Shown in pieces: positions 11,165 through 24,400 of a stretch of 64,000 nucleotides of DNA. Every line of letters begins with the position of its first letter. Within the stretch, counting starts at the first letter, position 1. The notes under the pieces were generated by a model. The model did no database searches. It saw only the letters and a list, made by a program, of their open reading frames with translations, and was not told the DNA's origin. The translations under genes were made by a program, and so were the position numbers. Origin of the DNA: Okamejei kenojei (lineage: Eukaryota). The stretch covers positions 34,410,001 to 34,474,000 of the forward strand of contig CM069160.1 of assembly GCA_035221665.1 (NCBI GenBank). The letters run 5' to 3'.

Positions 11165-11842
11165 AGGCTGCCTCGCCAACAGTCCCTTCCTGCTTTAGTG
11201 TTTTTTACTATGTGTTAAATGAATGTTTTAGTGTACTTGAGATGGTTTTACGCGGGGGATGGGGGTGGGGAGATTGGGGGGATTTTTTTAAATCTCTTAC
11301 CTCGACGGAGATGCGATTATTTTCCGTATCGTATCTCCGTCCGCACTGCGGCCTAACAACGAGGAGCTGGAAAACTTTGCTGCAGACCGACTCCGGGAGC
11401 TCCAACAGCGGGAGCCTGCCGACTTACCAACATGGAGCTTGCGATCCCTGTCGGGGATCGACCTGGGAGCTCCGACCGTGGCAGCCTGTGGACTTTAACA
11501 TCAAGCAGCTCGCCGTCTCTGCTTAGAGTCCGACCTCGGGAGCTCCAAGCCGCGGATTCGATCGCCCCGACGCGGGAAGCTTTGATCGCCGGCTGCGGGG
11601 GCTTCGGTCGCCCCGACTGCGGATGGTTCGACTGCCCCGTCCGCGGGAGAATAAGGGGGAAAGAAGATAAGACTTTATTGCCTTCCATCACAGTGAGGAA
11701 TGTGGGGAATCCGCTGTGCTGGATGTGTATGTTCACTTTGATGTAGTTGTCTGTCTTGTTTTATTTAGTATGGCTGCATGGTAAATAGAATTGCACTGTA
11801 CCTCAATTGGTAAATGTGACAATAAAATGACCTTGACCTTGA
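11165..11842 (+). mobile_element. Non-autonomous LINE-derived element (Rex1/Babar-like ends)
   Basis: CpG-rich core, conserved 3' block ttgccttccatcacagtgagg, AATAAA and a (CCTTGA)n tail. Relatives at 25209-26309 and about 42955-43535. Confidence 0.55.
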
Positions 11843-12819
11843 GAAGAGGCAGGATCTCTGGTTGCGGGCCGGGGCCCTGTTTCAAAGCAAATTATTTACA
11901 TAATAATTACATTCTTACTGGCAGCAGCAAAACAAGTCTGTGAAAACCATAGTCAATGGATAACATCAGACACCAACAAATACGTTCAGTAAATAAAATA
12001 AATAATATTGGCCCAAATCAAAACAAAAGCCCGAGGTCCCTAGTGCAGTGAAGACAGTTGGTTGTCGAATGTAGACACAAAAAGCAGCAGGAACTCAACG
12101 GCTCAGGCAGCATCTCTGTGCAGGAGGATGACCGATCACATTGCGTCCTTTCATTCCCTGATGCCGTCCTGCATCATTCTGATTGGTGGCGCCAGTCGCA
12201 ATCCCTGCATGCACACAAGATGCTGATGCATGCAGTGCATGCGGGTGAGAGGATTGCCCATGCAAATGCGGAACTGAGTCCCAGACGTGTAAGACTGTGC
12301 AGGAAGGAATTGTGGATGCTGGTCTACAGCGAGGATAGACACAGAGTGCTGGAGTAACTCAGCTGAGCAGGCAGCATATTGGTTGAGAGGAATAGATTAC
12401 GTTTGAGTCGAGACAATAGAGTTTAAAATTCAAACCATGTAACGACATTTAAAGACCCATGTCCATTTTAGTTTGGTGCATTGTTGTCACGTGTAATCAA
12501 GGTACAGTGAAAAGTTTTTTTTCGTGCTGTCCAGTCAAAAATAAAAGATAATACATGATTGCAATCAAGCTCCGATATAGGATCAAGGTTACAAACATTT
12601 ATTATATTACAATGGACGTCTGATAAAGTCCAATTTTAATATAGGTGAAAGGTTTCTAATAACGTATGGGAGGTCAGGGCCCGCTCACTAGGTGTGGTAA
12701 TGATGAGTTCAGTTGCCTGATAACAGCTGGGATGAAACTATTCCTGAACGGAGTTGTGCGTTTTCACACTTATCTACCTCTTGCCTGATGGGGAGGGGAG
12801 AAGAGGGAGTGATCGGGTT

Positions 12820-13418
12820 GAGACATATATTAAAAAGGAGATAGGATAAATCCTGCAAATTATCGGCCAGTTTCACTGACCTCCATACCATGCACGATTC
12901 TCCAACATATAATCCACCGACATATTATGAACCATAGTGACTTCCACAAGGTACTAACAAACCACCAACATGGCTTTAGACAGGGTCGATCATGTGAAAC
13001 CCAACTGGCGGGACTCGTCGATGATCTATCCAGGCCAGACGATAACAAGGGTCAGACTGATCTGATTATATTAGACTTCAGTAAGGCTTTTGATAAGGTT
13101 CCCCACAAGTGGCTTCTGTACAAGCTCAACCATGTAGGAATAGACAGCAACCTCTTAAAATGGATTGAGATATTTTTGACCAGGAGACACCAGCGAGTTC
13201 TCTTGGAGGCAGAGACATCTATTGAAACTTCTGTGACATCAGGTGTACCACAGGGGACTGACATGGGTCCATTGCTCTTCCTACTGTATGTCAATGACAT
13301 TCCAAATGCAGTTTCGTCCAGAGTTCGACTCATCACAGATGATGCCATAATTTATAGAGAGATTAAAACACCAGAAGACAGCTTGTCCTTACAGAAGGAT
13401 CTCGATGTTCTCTGTGAG
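12820..13418 (+). mobile_element. Divergent CR1-clade LINE RT fragment, cut by the inversion breakpoint
   Basis: [26 protein letters not shown] and SGVPQGT. A longer paralog lies at 62945-64000. Confidence 0.85.
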
Positions 13419-16400
13419 ACACTAAAGCAGGAAGGGACTGTTGGCGGGGCAGCCTTACTTCTGTTGAATTATTCCAGCACTTTCCGTCTTTTTCTTTGGA
13501 AACCAGCATCTGCAGTTCATTATTTCTCCTAATAATGTTATTGTTCCGTTTCGCTGCAAATGGCAATGCAACACTATTGAACAAGTGAGGGAGGAGAGAC
13601 CCGGGTCGCTGTATTCGCTTTGTACCGCGGTCTTCGGCTGCATTTACATCTGCGCTCGCTGGGGGTTTATGACGTAGAATTTGAGGATTCAACGGGACTC
13701 GTTCAGCACCGACCGGTCTATCCCACAGTCATGGCCCACGCTCCTGACGCCAGCCCCTGGTCCCGACTACTTTAAGGCGCAGACTGGCACTTGGCAGATT
13801 CTCAGTAAATGGTTTATGTCCCAAGTGGCGAAGAAAGGATAAAGTTTCCCCGTGAATGTATTCCCAGTGAAGGAGTAGAGAAAGGACTTGGAGTCCGCGG
13901 CGTAGAATGAAACTTTCCCAGACTCGTAACTGAGATAAACTCCCACCCTCCCGGGGATGGGACGGATGGGGACATTGGAATCCGGTAAAACGTTTACAAA
14001 AAACCTGTCTCTCGAGCGCTCCAAGGACCAGAGTCCAGTCTCCCGGATCAGTTTCACCTCCTTCTTCCTCTCCACAGACTCTGCGGCGACTCCCAGACAC
14101 CAGTCCCGACTTCCCGCCACGTCCACCTCCCAATAATGTCTCCCCGATGTGAATCCCTTCGATCCCAGGACAGAAGACCAGTAAGTAAACCTCTTCCCAG
14201 TATCAGGGAGACTCCTCTCAGTCCCGACATTTTTCACCCCCTCGCGATCCTCAGACACCTCGAGCCGAGGATGCGCTGTTTCCACGTCCAGGGTGACGGA
14301 GACTGGGGGGAGAAAAAGGAAGAAGAGAAGAACAGAGAATCAGAGAGCCGTCGGGGGGGTCGGGGCGAGACGCCTGCGGAGCGGCCCCGGGATTGAGAGA
14401 GGTCCGAGTGGGATTGAAGGACAGAGTGAGGGGCAGGTGGGTCCGGGGGGTGTGCAGCGAGGGGGGAGGGGACGTGTCAAGGGCAGGAGGGCGAGCTTCT
14501 GGGGTTAAGAGCAACTGGGGCTGAGCCAGAACTGTGCGATCGGGGCGCGTCAACCTGTGCGGCAAGGGTGAGGAGGAGAGTACAAATGGGCAGGGGACCG
14601 TCACTTTAGAGATACAGCATAAAACAGGCCCTTCGCCCACCGAGTCCGCACCGACCAACGACTACCCCGTACACTAACAGTATCTTACAACGTGGGACAA
14701 TTTACAGTAGACAATTAATCCTCAAATTGAAAAATCATCTGCGGCGTGTGGGAGGGAACAGGGATACCTGGAGATAACCAACTGGGATAATGTAAAAACT
14801 CCGCACAGGCAGCACCCGTAGTCAGGATGGAACCCGTTCTCACGCACTGTGAGGTACCAACTCTACCGTCTGCTCCACCGTGGCGCCCGAAATGGCAGTG
14901 GTGGGATGAGCGGCAGAGGAGACGGCAGGTGGGTTGAGAAAGGTGAAGAGCGTTGTGGAGCGGATTGGGCAGAAGATGCAGCGGTGGAGAAATGGGAAAG
15001 CAGGATATTGAGAATGATAGAGGGACAAAGATGGGAAGTAAAGGAGTGTGAAACGTGTTGAGGCAAGGGGGCGAGCAAGTTGGGTGGGTGGCGGAGTGTA
15101 GGAGGAAAGGTGCTAGGAAGTGAGAGAGGTAGCAGTGGAGGGGAAAGTAACCTGTGCAAGCGTGAGCAAGCGGGGTGAATGAGGAGAGGAGAGGAACGTC
15201 AATGTACTGAGGTACATGTGACAATAACGCTTCATCAAACGGGACACAAAACATTAGGGCAGAATGGAATGGATCTGTGAGCCGGAATAGAATGTTGAAA
15301 TAGTACAAAGTATTGGGATGCAGAAATATCTGTACTTACCTTATTCAGTATCCATATCATCATACCTGACAAAAAAACAGAAATTACTACACTTCAAAAC
15401 TTGCATTGTTTGCTGATTTCTGTTAGTAGAAATAGAATGTCCACAAGATAGGTTACAATCCACAATAAACAGCACAGATCAATGGGCTATTCATCTCTAA
15501 CCATCCAGCGCGTACATCTTGAAGCAAGACTGGGCGATGGGTCGCAGAGAGTGCTCTTCCTGACGCCCAGACTGTAATTAGTAAGGACAGGCAACAGAGC
15601 ATTTTCCATGACAAATCTCAACGTTGTTGTTTCTCAAGGCTACTCCCACAGCCCCTTTTAATACCGCCTGAGAATCATGATTCCCGATGTTTAAAAATAA
15701 GAGAACTGCAAGAGGGCAAGAGGAATTTGTCCCAAGTAAACCTACCCTAATCAGGGTGTATATTTGCAGATTTCACTGAAACATCGTTCGTGGCTTTTCG
15801 TGTAGGTTTCTTTCCAAATTGTATTCAGACATTCCACAGGATAAAAAATAATTATTTGTCCAATTCTGTTGGGAGATATAAATTAATGAGAACATGTTTT
15901 TATCTCGTTCACAAGGGGTTCCAAAGAGATAAAATGAGTAAACACAGTCCATTGAACTGCGGTCTGAAAGGTTGAGATGAATGGAAGGGACGAGGGACTT
16001 GGGTGCGATGACGTGGATCAGAAGAGGGAAGATAGAACGATGCAGCACAGAGGAACAGGCCCTTTGGACCACAATGTCTGTGCCCAACATGACGCTAGGA
16101 TTAGCGGAAGGTGGTGGACCACGGACACAGTGAGAAAGGGCTGTGGTGAAACGACATTACACATTTCTCAATCCAGTCGTTGTAAATTGGAGTCGGAATT
16201 CCCCCGAAATATCTTACCTTCCAAAGTGCAAAACAGCTGAGTTTGGAAATAAGAACAAGTCCCAGGACCGTGTCAGTGACTGCGCACAGACAGAGAACAC
16301 CCTCCGTGCAGACGGTGCTCTCTGGATTTCAGACACTGTTGACAGTTTAAACGAGTGCACTATCTAAACTGCTTGCCCAAACATTGCCCATGGATCTGCA

Positions 16401-19400
16401 GACTTTCAACACTTTGGGTTGGGAGTAAGTAATTTCCCCAGCTCCCCTCTAATCCTATGCCCAGAACCTTCAACCTATTGTCCCTAGTCATTGGTCTGAC
16501 AGTCATGGAAAAAATTACAAAATTTTTTTTCCTTCCCATGGGCTCATCCCATTATTCTATACACCAGGGCATCTTCCCCTTGGGGGGGGTGGGGCGGGCG
16601 ACTTCACCCATCCACCCTCGATGAGATAACATTGCCGCTAAGGTTTGTATTATTAAATCTTTCCCCGCTCACCGTAAGTGAAGCTTTCTAATTCGTGATT
16701 TCAATGTCCATAGGTAAATTTCTATACTGTGCACTCACCCCCTTATCTATTCCCTTCATTGAATGTATACACTCAAAATGATCACCGCTCAACCCCCCCC
16801 CCCCCACCCCCCCACACCCGCGCCCCTCTTACTTGAAACTGACTTTTTTGTCTTCGTATTGTGGATCAATAGATTGAAGGCCAGAGGCTGTGACACAAGG
16901 CGGCAAACAGCCCAGAATATCGGCACCCAAGGGGATTTGTTGAATCGTGAACTGTTTGATGAACATATTAGAAGATGAATTTGCGTGCACTCGTATCAGA
17001 TGTCCCAGCATGAGAACGGAGCTACAGCGAGATATTACGGCATCTGACTTTATTCTTGGTAGCAGGAGGGCTGTGAAGGGTGTTCTTATAGATGTTGTGT
17101 ACTAAACCATGCTGGAATAGAGAGGGTGAGGGCACAATCTTTCACCGGATAATTCAAGAATTAGACGGGCGCAGGCTTTAGGTGAGAGGGGCATGTTTAA
17201 TGCTAATCTCCAGGGGCACGTTTTCACCTCATAGGATAATGGGAATATGGGAACGAGCTGCCGGAGGAAGTAGTGAAGGCAAGGGTACTATAACATAATT
17301 TAAAAATAAAAAAGGCAATTGGACAGGGGATGCGGATAGGGAAAGGTTTGGGGGAGTTTGCAGTTTTTGATTTTACCAGTTGCATTTTGTTCTGGCGAGC
17401 AGTGTCCTTTAGAGCCCTTTCTCTGGTGATGATGAAATGTGCCGGCCGATCAGGGAGCGCCCTCGGACGCTATCCCCGCCAAACGGGTGTACGGGGACAG
17501 AGGTTTTAGAATGATAAAGGTCGATCTTCTCATTTACGCAGGGGGGGGGGCCCAGATTAGGAAGGTTGTATCACTTTACAGGCTTGGCCGTGTAGTAGTG
17601 AAGTGATATGTCCTAACAACTCGCACAAGAACCTAACTCACACAATTAGCGGGTTTGACTGAGATCTCAGCCGCTGCTATGAACTTTCGACAAGGTCCAA
17701 ACATAAGAGTTTAGCATACAAACTTAAAGCACACGGTATTGGGGGGTCTGTATGGATGTGGATAGTGAATGGCTGGAGGACAGGAAGCAAAGAGTAGGAG
17801 TAATCGTGGTCCCTTTAGAATGGCAGGCAGTGATAGTGGGGTATCCGCAGGGCCTCAGTTTTGGGACCCCAGCTATTTCCCATTATATATGTATTGATCT
17901 GGCTGATGCGGGAATTAATTGCATCATCTCCATGGTTTGCGGACTGAACACGAAGCTGGGGGGCATCAGAGGTTTGTTATCTGTGGATGCTAGGAGGCTG
18001 CAGGTGAACCTGGATATGGGGTTGAAGAGATGTGGGGGCAAAGGCATGACAGGTGCTGTATAATGTGGATATTTGTTGGTTATCCTATTTGGCGGCAATA
18101 AAAGGAGCGGGGTAGACTTTTATCGGTATGGTGGGCGTTTGGAAAAGGGGAGATGGGCAACGAGACCGGGGTGGGGTCAGGGGTACTCCATGTCTTTGTT
18201 TGTAGTATTTGACATGGCAGGTGCAGCGGGATGTTGAAGAAAGCCAAGGAGGAAAGAAACAAGAACTAAAGCGAACAAATGGTTGATGTGGCTTTAATAG
18301 CAAAATGATGTTTGATGGTCTGTTTCTTAAGCAGGGTGGTTGACTGCAGTTGGGACAGGGGTCTTGTGAGGCCACACCTGGATTATTGCGTCGTACAGTT
18401 TTTTGGTCTCCTAATTGAGGAAGGACATCATTCTTGCCATGGAGTGCAGGAATGTACAGAGAAGTTGAATGTTCACCTTGAATCCTGGCGCTTGGCAGTA
18501 CTTCCCATATGAAGAAAGACTGGATAGGATCTGCTTGTACTCGCTGGAATTTAGGAGTTTGAGGGGGGAACTGCAAGCGATGTGGGGGGGTGGGGGGGGG
18601 GGGGGGGGTGGGGAATATTTATAGAGACCTTAAGGTGTTCCATAAGGCTAGATGCAGGAAGGATTGTGTACCGATGTGGGGGGGGAAACAAAAATAAAGG
18701 GAACTCCGGATCAAAGGGGGGTACAATTTAAGGACAAGGGGGACGGGACGTTTTTTAGGACCCGAGATGTGATTATGAGAAGTTCATTTGTACTCTGAGA
18801 GTGGTTGAGAGTATCTGGAGAATCTCTTGACCACAGAAGGTAGTTGAGGCCAGTTCTTGGCGTTACTTATAGAGGTGATAGTTGGATCTGTTGGGCCCGT
18901 GTGGATAATGAGGATTTGCATGGTATGGAACGTGAAGGCAGGGTACAGGTTTCTGAGTTGGGTGAGTCAAGACCATGTTAATATCTGGTATGGCGGTGCT
19001 GGATCGAAGGGGCGAATGGCCTACTCCTGCACCTATTTTCTATTGTTTCTATGATTTTTCTAACTGACATGATACACGGGGCAACAATATCAGAAAAATA
19101 ATGTGTAGATTTCATCTTCAGTGGACAACAGCAGCAGCTGACTTCCAGTTTCCGATCTCGCCCTGTCACCGAGCATTTGATTAAGATGGTGTAAATGGAC
19201 TGCTGTTTAGAGGGGGGGGGGGGGCAGTCTTTTATTCGGAACCAGGCATCTGCAGTTCCTTGTTTCCTCACTCCTGCCGACCCAGTCTGAAAGGCATGAA
19301 ACATGCTCCCACTACACAGGAGGAGCGGGAGCGGGAGAGACGGGGCAGGTAGAGGAGAAGAGAGAACGCGGAACAAGGGGGTGGGGGTGGGGGGGGGGGG

Positions 19401-21416
19401 GGGGGGGAGAGCAGTGGGGAGCAGAAAAGTTGAGAAAGAGTGAGTAAGAAGTGGAGCGTGAAAGCAGCAGAAAAATAGCGGCGAGAGGGTGGGGGGGGGG
19501 GGGGGGGGAAGAACGGGGAGGTGGTGGGTGGTGGGGAGGTGGTGGGAAGGGGGAAGAGAGAGAGGGAGAGGGAGAGCGAGAGCGGGGGGGGAGGGGGGGG
19601 AGGGAGGTTGTGGTGTGGGAATAATGGAACGGAGAAACTGGGGGATGCGCGGGGAGGTGGGATATAGAGCGGGAGGTGCGAAGGAAGAGTGCGAGCGGGG
19701 GAATCGGGGGGGGGCGGTGGGTTGGTGGAAGGGGTGGAATGGCGATATGAGGAAGAAGCGGGGGGGGAAGAGCGGGAGGTGTGGGAACTGAGTGCGGGAG
19801 GAGAAGCGGGGGAGGCGGGGAAGGCTGGGGAGGGTTGGAGAAACAGAGAAGCGGGAGGGGGAGGTGGTTGGAACTCTGATGGAATTGGAGGAGGTCTGAA
19901 AGCATGCATCGAGCAGCGAGCGGGGGGGAGGTGGGGAGCAAGCGGAGAGCGGGAAAGCAAGCGGCAGCAAAAGAGGAAGAATGGCGGGGGAGAAGCGAGA
20001 TAGAGCGGAGCGGGGAGGAGAGCGGGTAACAGCGGGAGGTGGTGGCGGGGGAAGGGGGAGAGAAAGCAAGAGGGACGGTGGAGGTGATGGAGGGGGGGGC
20101 CGCGGGAGTCGGGGAGGTGTGGTTTTTTGGTTGGAATAGAGGGAGAGGGTGTGTGGAAATGGTGGAATGGTGGTGTGGGGGGAGCGGGAGGTTTGGAATG
20201 TGGAACTGATGGATTGGAGTGGAACTGATGGAACTGAATAATTGTATTTTTGTGTTGTGGACGTTGTGGCAAGAAGTGCGGAGCGGGGGGGAGCGGGTGG
20301 TGGTCTGGTGGTGGTTGTGGAATGGATGGTGGTTGGGAAGGGTGGAATGGGAAGGAGGGGGGGAAAAGCGGGAGGATGGGGAAGGTGGGGGGAAAGCGTG
20401 CTGGGAGGTTTTGCGGGGGGGGATGCAAGCTGAGCGGAAAGAGAGCAAGCAGCGGGTGGGGGAGGTGGGGATGGGGAGGGTGGGATTGGATGTGTGGAAC
20501 CTGGAGGAGGCGGAGGAGGGGGGGGAGTAGCGGGGAAGGGTGGGGTGGGGGGGGAGTGGGGAAGCGGGAGGGGGAGCGGGGAGGTGGTGTGGAGGGAGGG
20601 GGAGAGCGGGGTGGTGGTTTGTGGGATGGTTGGGGAGCTGGGAAGGTTGGTTGGAATTGGAACTGAATTTATCAGCTCCCAACGAACTAAAGTGTCTCCT
20701 CCCAGCGGCACCTAGTCTATAACCCCATTTCCCCTACACCAGCACCAGCAACCACAACCAGCCCCCCAGCTGCCCATTCACTTGCGAATGTTGGGGTTTT
20801 GGTTTATTCCTGAGGTATCCCACACCGATCAAGTTATAGACCCCTGTGTTGTAGGAAAGGAACTGCTGATGCAGGTTAAACACCGCAGATAGACACAAGT
20901 TGCTGGGAGTAGAGTAACTCGGCGGGTACAGGCAGCATCTCGGGATGAGGAAGGTACGGGGTGCGTCAGGGTCGGACCTTCTTCAGACTGTGAGTGTCGG
21001 GCGAGAGGGAGACCGGAGATATAGAAGGGTACACGTGTGCAAACGTCAGATCAAAGCAGCCATTGATCAGCGAAATGTAGAATGGTTCATTGTTAGCGGA
21101 GGGAGACGGTGGACAATGAGATCATACAAATCAGCAAAATTAATCAGGACAGTGAAACTAGTCGAAGAACTAGGGTGGGGATGGGTGGAGAGAGATGGAA
21201 AGCAAAGGATTACTAGGTTTACTGAGTGTATGTCTCCTGCGTTCCGTTGTAAACAACTTCTCTCTTTTATAGAGGGTTTCCAGGCTCCCACATACCTGAT
21301 ATCTGGGATGGGCCTTTTGTGTTTTACGGCAGTCTTTTACTTGTAATGTAGCAGGAAAAAAAAAAACAACAAAAAAAATACCTGTTCACGAATCCCTTGT
21401 GACATCGATGTGACTG
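13419..21416 (-). repeat. Inverted segmental duplication of about 3776-11201
   Basis: Colinear reverse-complement match covering exons, the SINE and CR1-A. The spacer is 11202-13418. Error density rises toward the gap at 21417. Confidence 0.9.
13767..14302 (-). CDS. Intact B30.2/PRY-SPRY exon, copy 2
   Basis: Open frame [68 protein letters not shown]-stop. Confidence 0.92.
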
Positions 21417-24400
21417 NNNNNNNNNNNNNNNNNNNNNNNNNNNNNNNNNNNNNNNNNNNNNNNNNNNNNNNNNNNNNNNNNNNNNNNNNNNNNNNNNNNN
21501 NNNNNNNNNNNNNNNNNNNNNNNNNNNNNNNNNNNNNNNNNNNNNNNNNNNNNNNNNNNNNNNNNNNNNNNNNNNNNNNNNNNNNNNNNNNNNNNNNNNN
21601 NNNNNNNNNNNNNNNNNNNNNNNNNNNNNNNNNNNNNNNNNNNNNNNNNNNNNNNNNNNNNNNNNNNNNNNNNNNNNNNNNNNNNNNNNNNNNNNNNNNN
21701 NNNNNNNNNNNNNNNNNNNNNNNNNNNNNNNNNNNNNNNNNNNNNNNNNNNNNNNNNNNNNNNNNNNNNNNNNNNNNNNNNNNNNNNNNNNNNNNNNNNN
21801 NNNNNNNNNNNNNNNNNNNNNNNNNNNNNNNNNNNNNNNNNNNNNNNNNNNNNNNNNNNNNNNNNNNNNNNNNNNNNNNNNNNNNNNNNNNNNNNNNNNN
21901 NNNNNNNNNNNNNNNNCTACACTTCTCTCCCAATCGGGGACATTGCAACCAGACTTGCGTGTCTAAAGGCCAGCAATAATAAAAGTGACACCCACACATC
22001 TCCATCAAGGACATTTATCAACTCAGCTGCGCCCTCGGGCAAAAAGAAATCGTAGCTAAGGAACAAACATCAAGGTTCTGCACAGCTTCCTTCCCCACGA
22101 GCCATCAGACTCCTGAATTGCCATGTAATAGGCTGGCCACCATTGTCTAATTATCCTTTCATCACCATTTATTCCATTTATCCTTTTTCCCTGTCTGTTT
22201 GATTATTGTGTTGCACGTGGAGCCGAATACAACGGCAATTTTGTTTGATTTGCATATATCGATGTATTTTCTAAATACAATATAGTTTGTTGATTGATTT
22301 TGATTGTACATTAACAAAATAAAAATAATAATAAATCTCTCCCCAATGCTGCCCTTACCTGCGTGAATTGTATTTCAGCATCGCGGTAATTAAATCAGCT
22401 GAGAGTGACAGGTAAATGGCTGGGCCCAGAGAGTGTGGTGAACTGAGATATCCAGGGGTCCGCGATATGCCACCTGGAAGTTGCACTCGCGTTCAATATT
22501 TGTAAAATTTGGAGACATCCACCACAACCAACCAAATCTTGACCTTGATTGCCTAAGGTGCAATTAAAAAAAAAAACTAGAATTGGCAGCATTTGTATGA
22601 TGCATCTAGGAGGGTTAGCTGACAACACTAGGCATTAATCCCATCGCTCGTGGATTCATAATTGACCTGATTTGGGAAATGAGTGCAACGCGGTGGAATT
22701 TCAATGGGAGAGTATACACTAAAATAAATATATAAATAATATATATCTAATAATATATATATAATATATAATATGTGTACATATATGCTGTATATGGTGA
22801 GTACATTTTACCTTCAGTAAGGAGACAAAGACTGTGCCCCAGGTGAGGCCTCATCAACATCCTATATAACTGTGACGAGGCTTCCCAACATTTATTCTCC
22901 ATTCCCCTCAATTAAAATCACTGGGACAGATGTGATGGAACTCCAGTTAAACACATTCCCATGGCTGCCCTACATTTACTCAAGTTACTTCTCAATATAA
23001 ACATTGCAACAGCACGTTCTTAATTATGTAATTATTGTGAGGGATAAAGTGATTAAACCCTATTAAAGAAAGGATTTTATAAAAGAGAATTCAAACAAGA
23101 GGGGCTGGAGAGAGGATTCTGACACAGCAGTGTCTGAAGGTTGCCAGACCCATCCTTGAGTAAGAAGAGATAGCATTGTATACTAGAGAAGGTAGGTGTA
23201 TGTAGAGAGCTCGCCTATCAAGAAGGAGTGATGATTGGAACCCTTGTCACTATAGCTTAGCTTTGATGTACTGCTATAGGAAAACATGAGAGGGTTTATC
23301 ACTAAGGAGGTGAATAAAACTGGGCCAGGTCCCATGATTCACAGAGCAAGCATACTAGAATAAATGAAATTACAACACACCCCTGGTCAAGAAATTGGCT
23401 CATTACCCATGAACATTTAATTGAACATGCATCTGTATTATAGGAGGTGCGAGGGGCTGTACTGATGGGGATGTACCTACAGATTGTGCACCCGAACGAT
23501 TGGAAATTGGGGGGGGGGTCCGGAGGGGGATTGAATGTAAAGATTTTGTGTATAAAGGGGGAAGATCACTCTGGCTTCGTGTGTCCCGAGTTGGAGAGGC
23601 ACCCTGTCTGCAGACTCGAAAAATAAGAAATCCTCTTGCTTCCAGTATATAGACTTGAGTATTAATTGTGGCGCATAAGGGTATCTCACAAATTGGGGGC
23701 CCGTTACGCGATCAGACACCCGGCTTTGCTTGGTGGAGGCAATGAAGAGGAAGGTGCACCCTGCTGATTTCAGCAGCACGCGAAGATCTCCTTTCTTGCC
23801 ATCCGAGCAGTTTTGAGCGAGTGATATCCAGCTGGAAAAGACCCGGGAAGCAGAGGGGGTGTAAGGTAAATACGTACGTGAACGGACAAGCGATTCTATG
23901 TGCACAGGACCCAGTAAGCACAAACGACAATTAAGTATAACCTACCTGGTCGAACCGGAGGTCTGTCGGACGTGAATATCCGACGAGGTACTGGTAAACC
24001 GGAACGGGAAGAGTAGGGTCCGGGGACCTGGATGAGGCACATACTGATAATGGGAGCCTAACCTCTCCGCCCTATAGTCCGTTGGTGGCGAATGTTGGAT
24101 GGGGTGAAGGAAACAAACCCGGGAGTAAGAGTAAGGAACCTATGTGCCTCTCACCGTATGGGGTGAGTGAACTTTAAAAGGGAGATGAAAAGTTTATTGG
24201 AAGACCCCCTTGGGACTGCTGAACAAATAGATCAGTTCCTAGGCCAAAAAATGTTTTTAGAAAAATATTGAGGTGTTTCAAAACAATCTCATTGAAGTAA
24301 GAAAATGGAACTAATGTAATGTGAGGGTAAAAAAAACCGTTTTGTATGAATGAGGAAGTTTGTATATGTGATAGGTTTGTTTTGCTGTGGGCCACATGTT

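Noticed and set aside
18978-20711. 577-aa, 456-aa and 386-aa proline-rich ORFs over a G-rich tract
   Set aside because: The tract replaces about 90 bp of the mirror arm (about 4470-4560) with about 1.4 kb of aperiodic G-rich sequence inside an error-laden region. It is most likely a long-read polymerase artefact, and the ORFs reflect stop-poor composition.
15340-21416. Frameshifts and stops in the copy 2 IgC, TM and micro-exons as proof of pseudogene status
   Set aside because: Indels are equally dense in adjacent introns and in the CR1 and increase toward the gap, so they cannot be separated from sequencing error.
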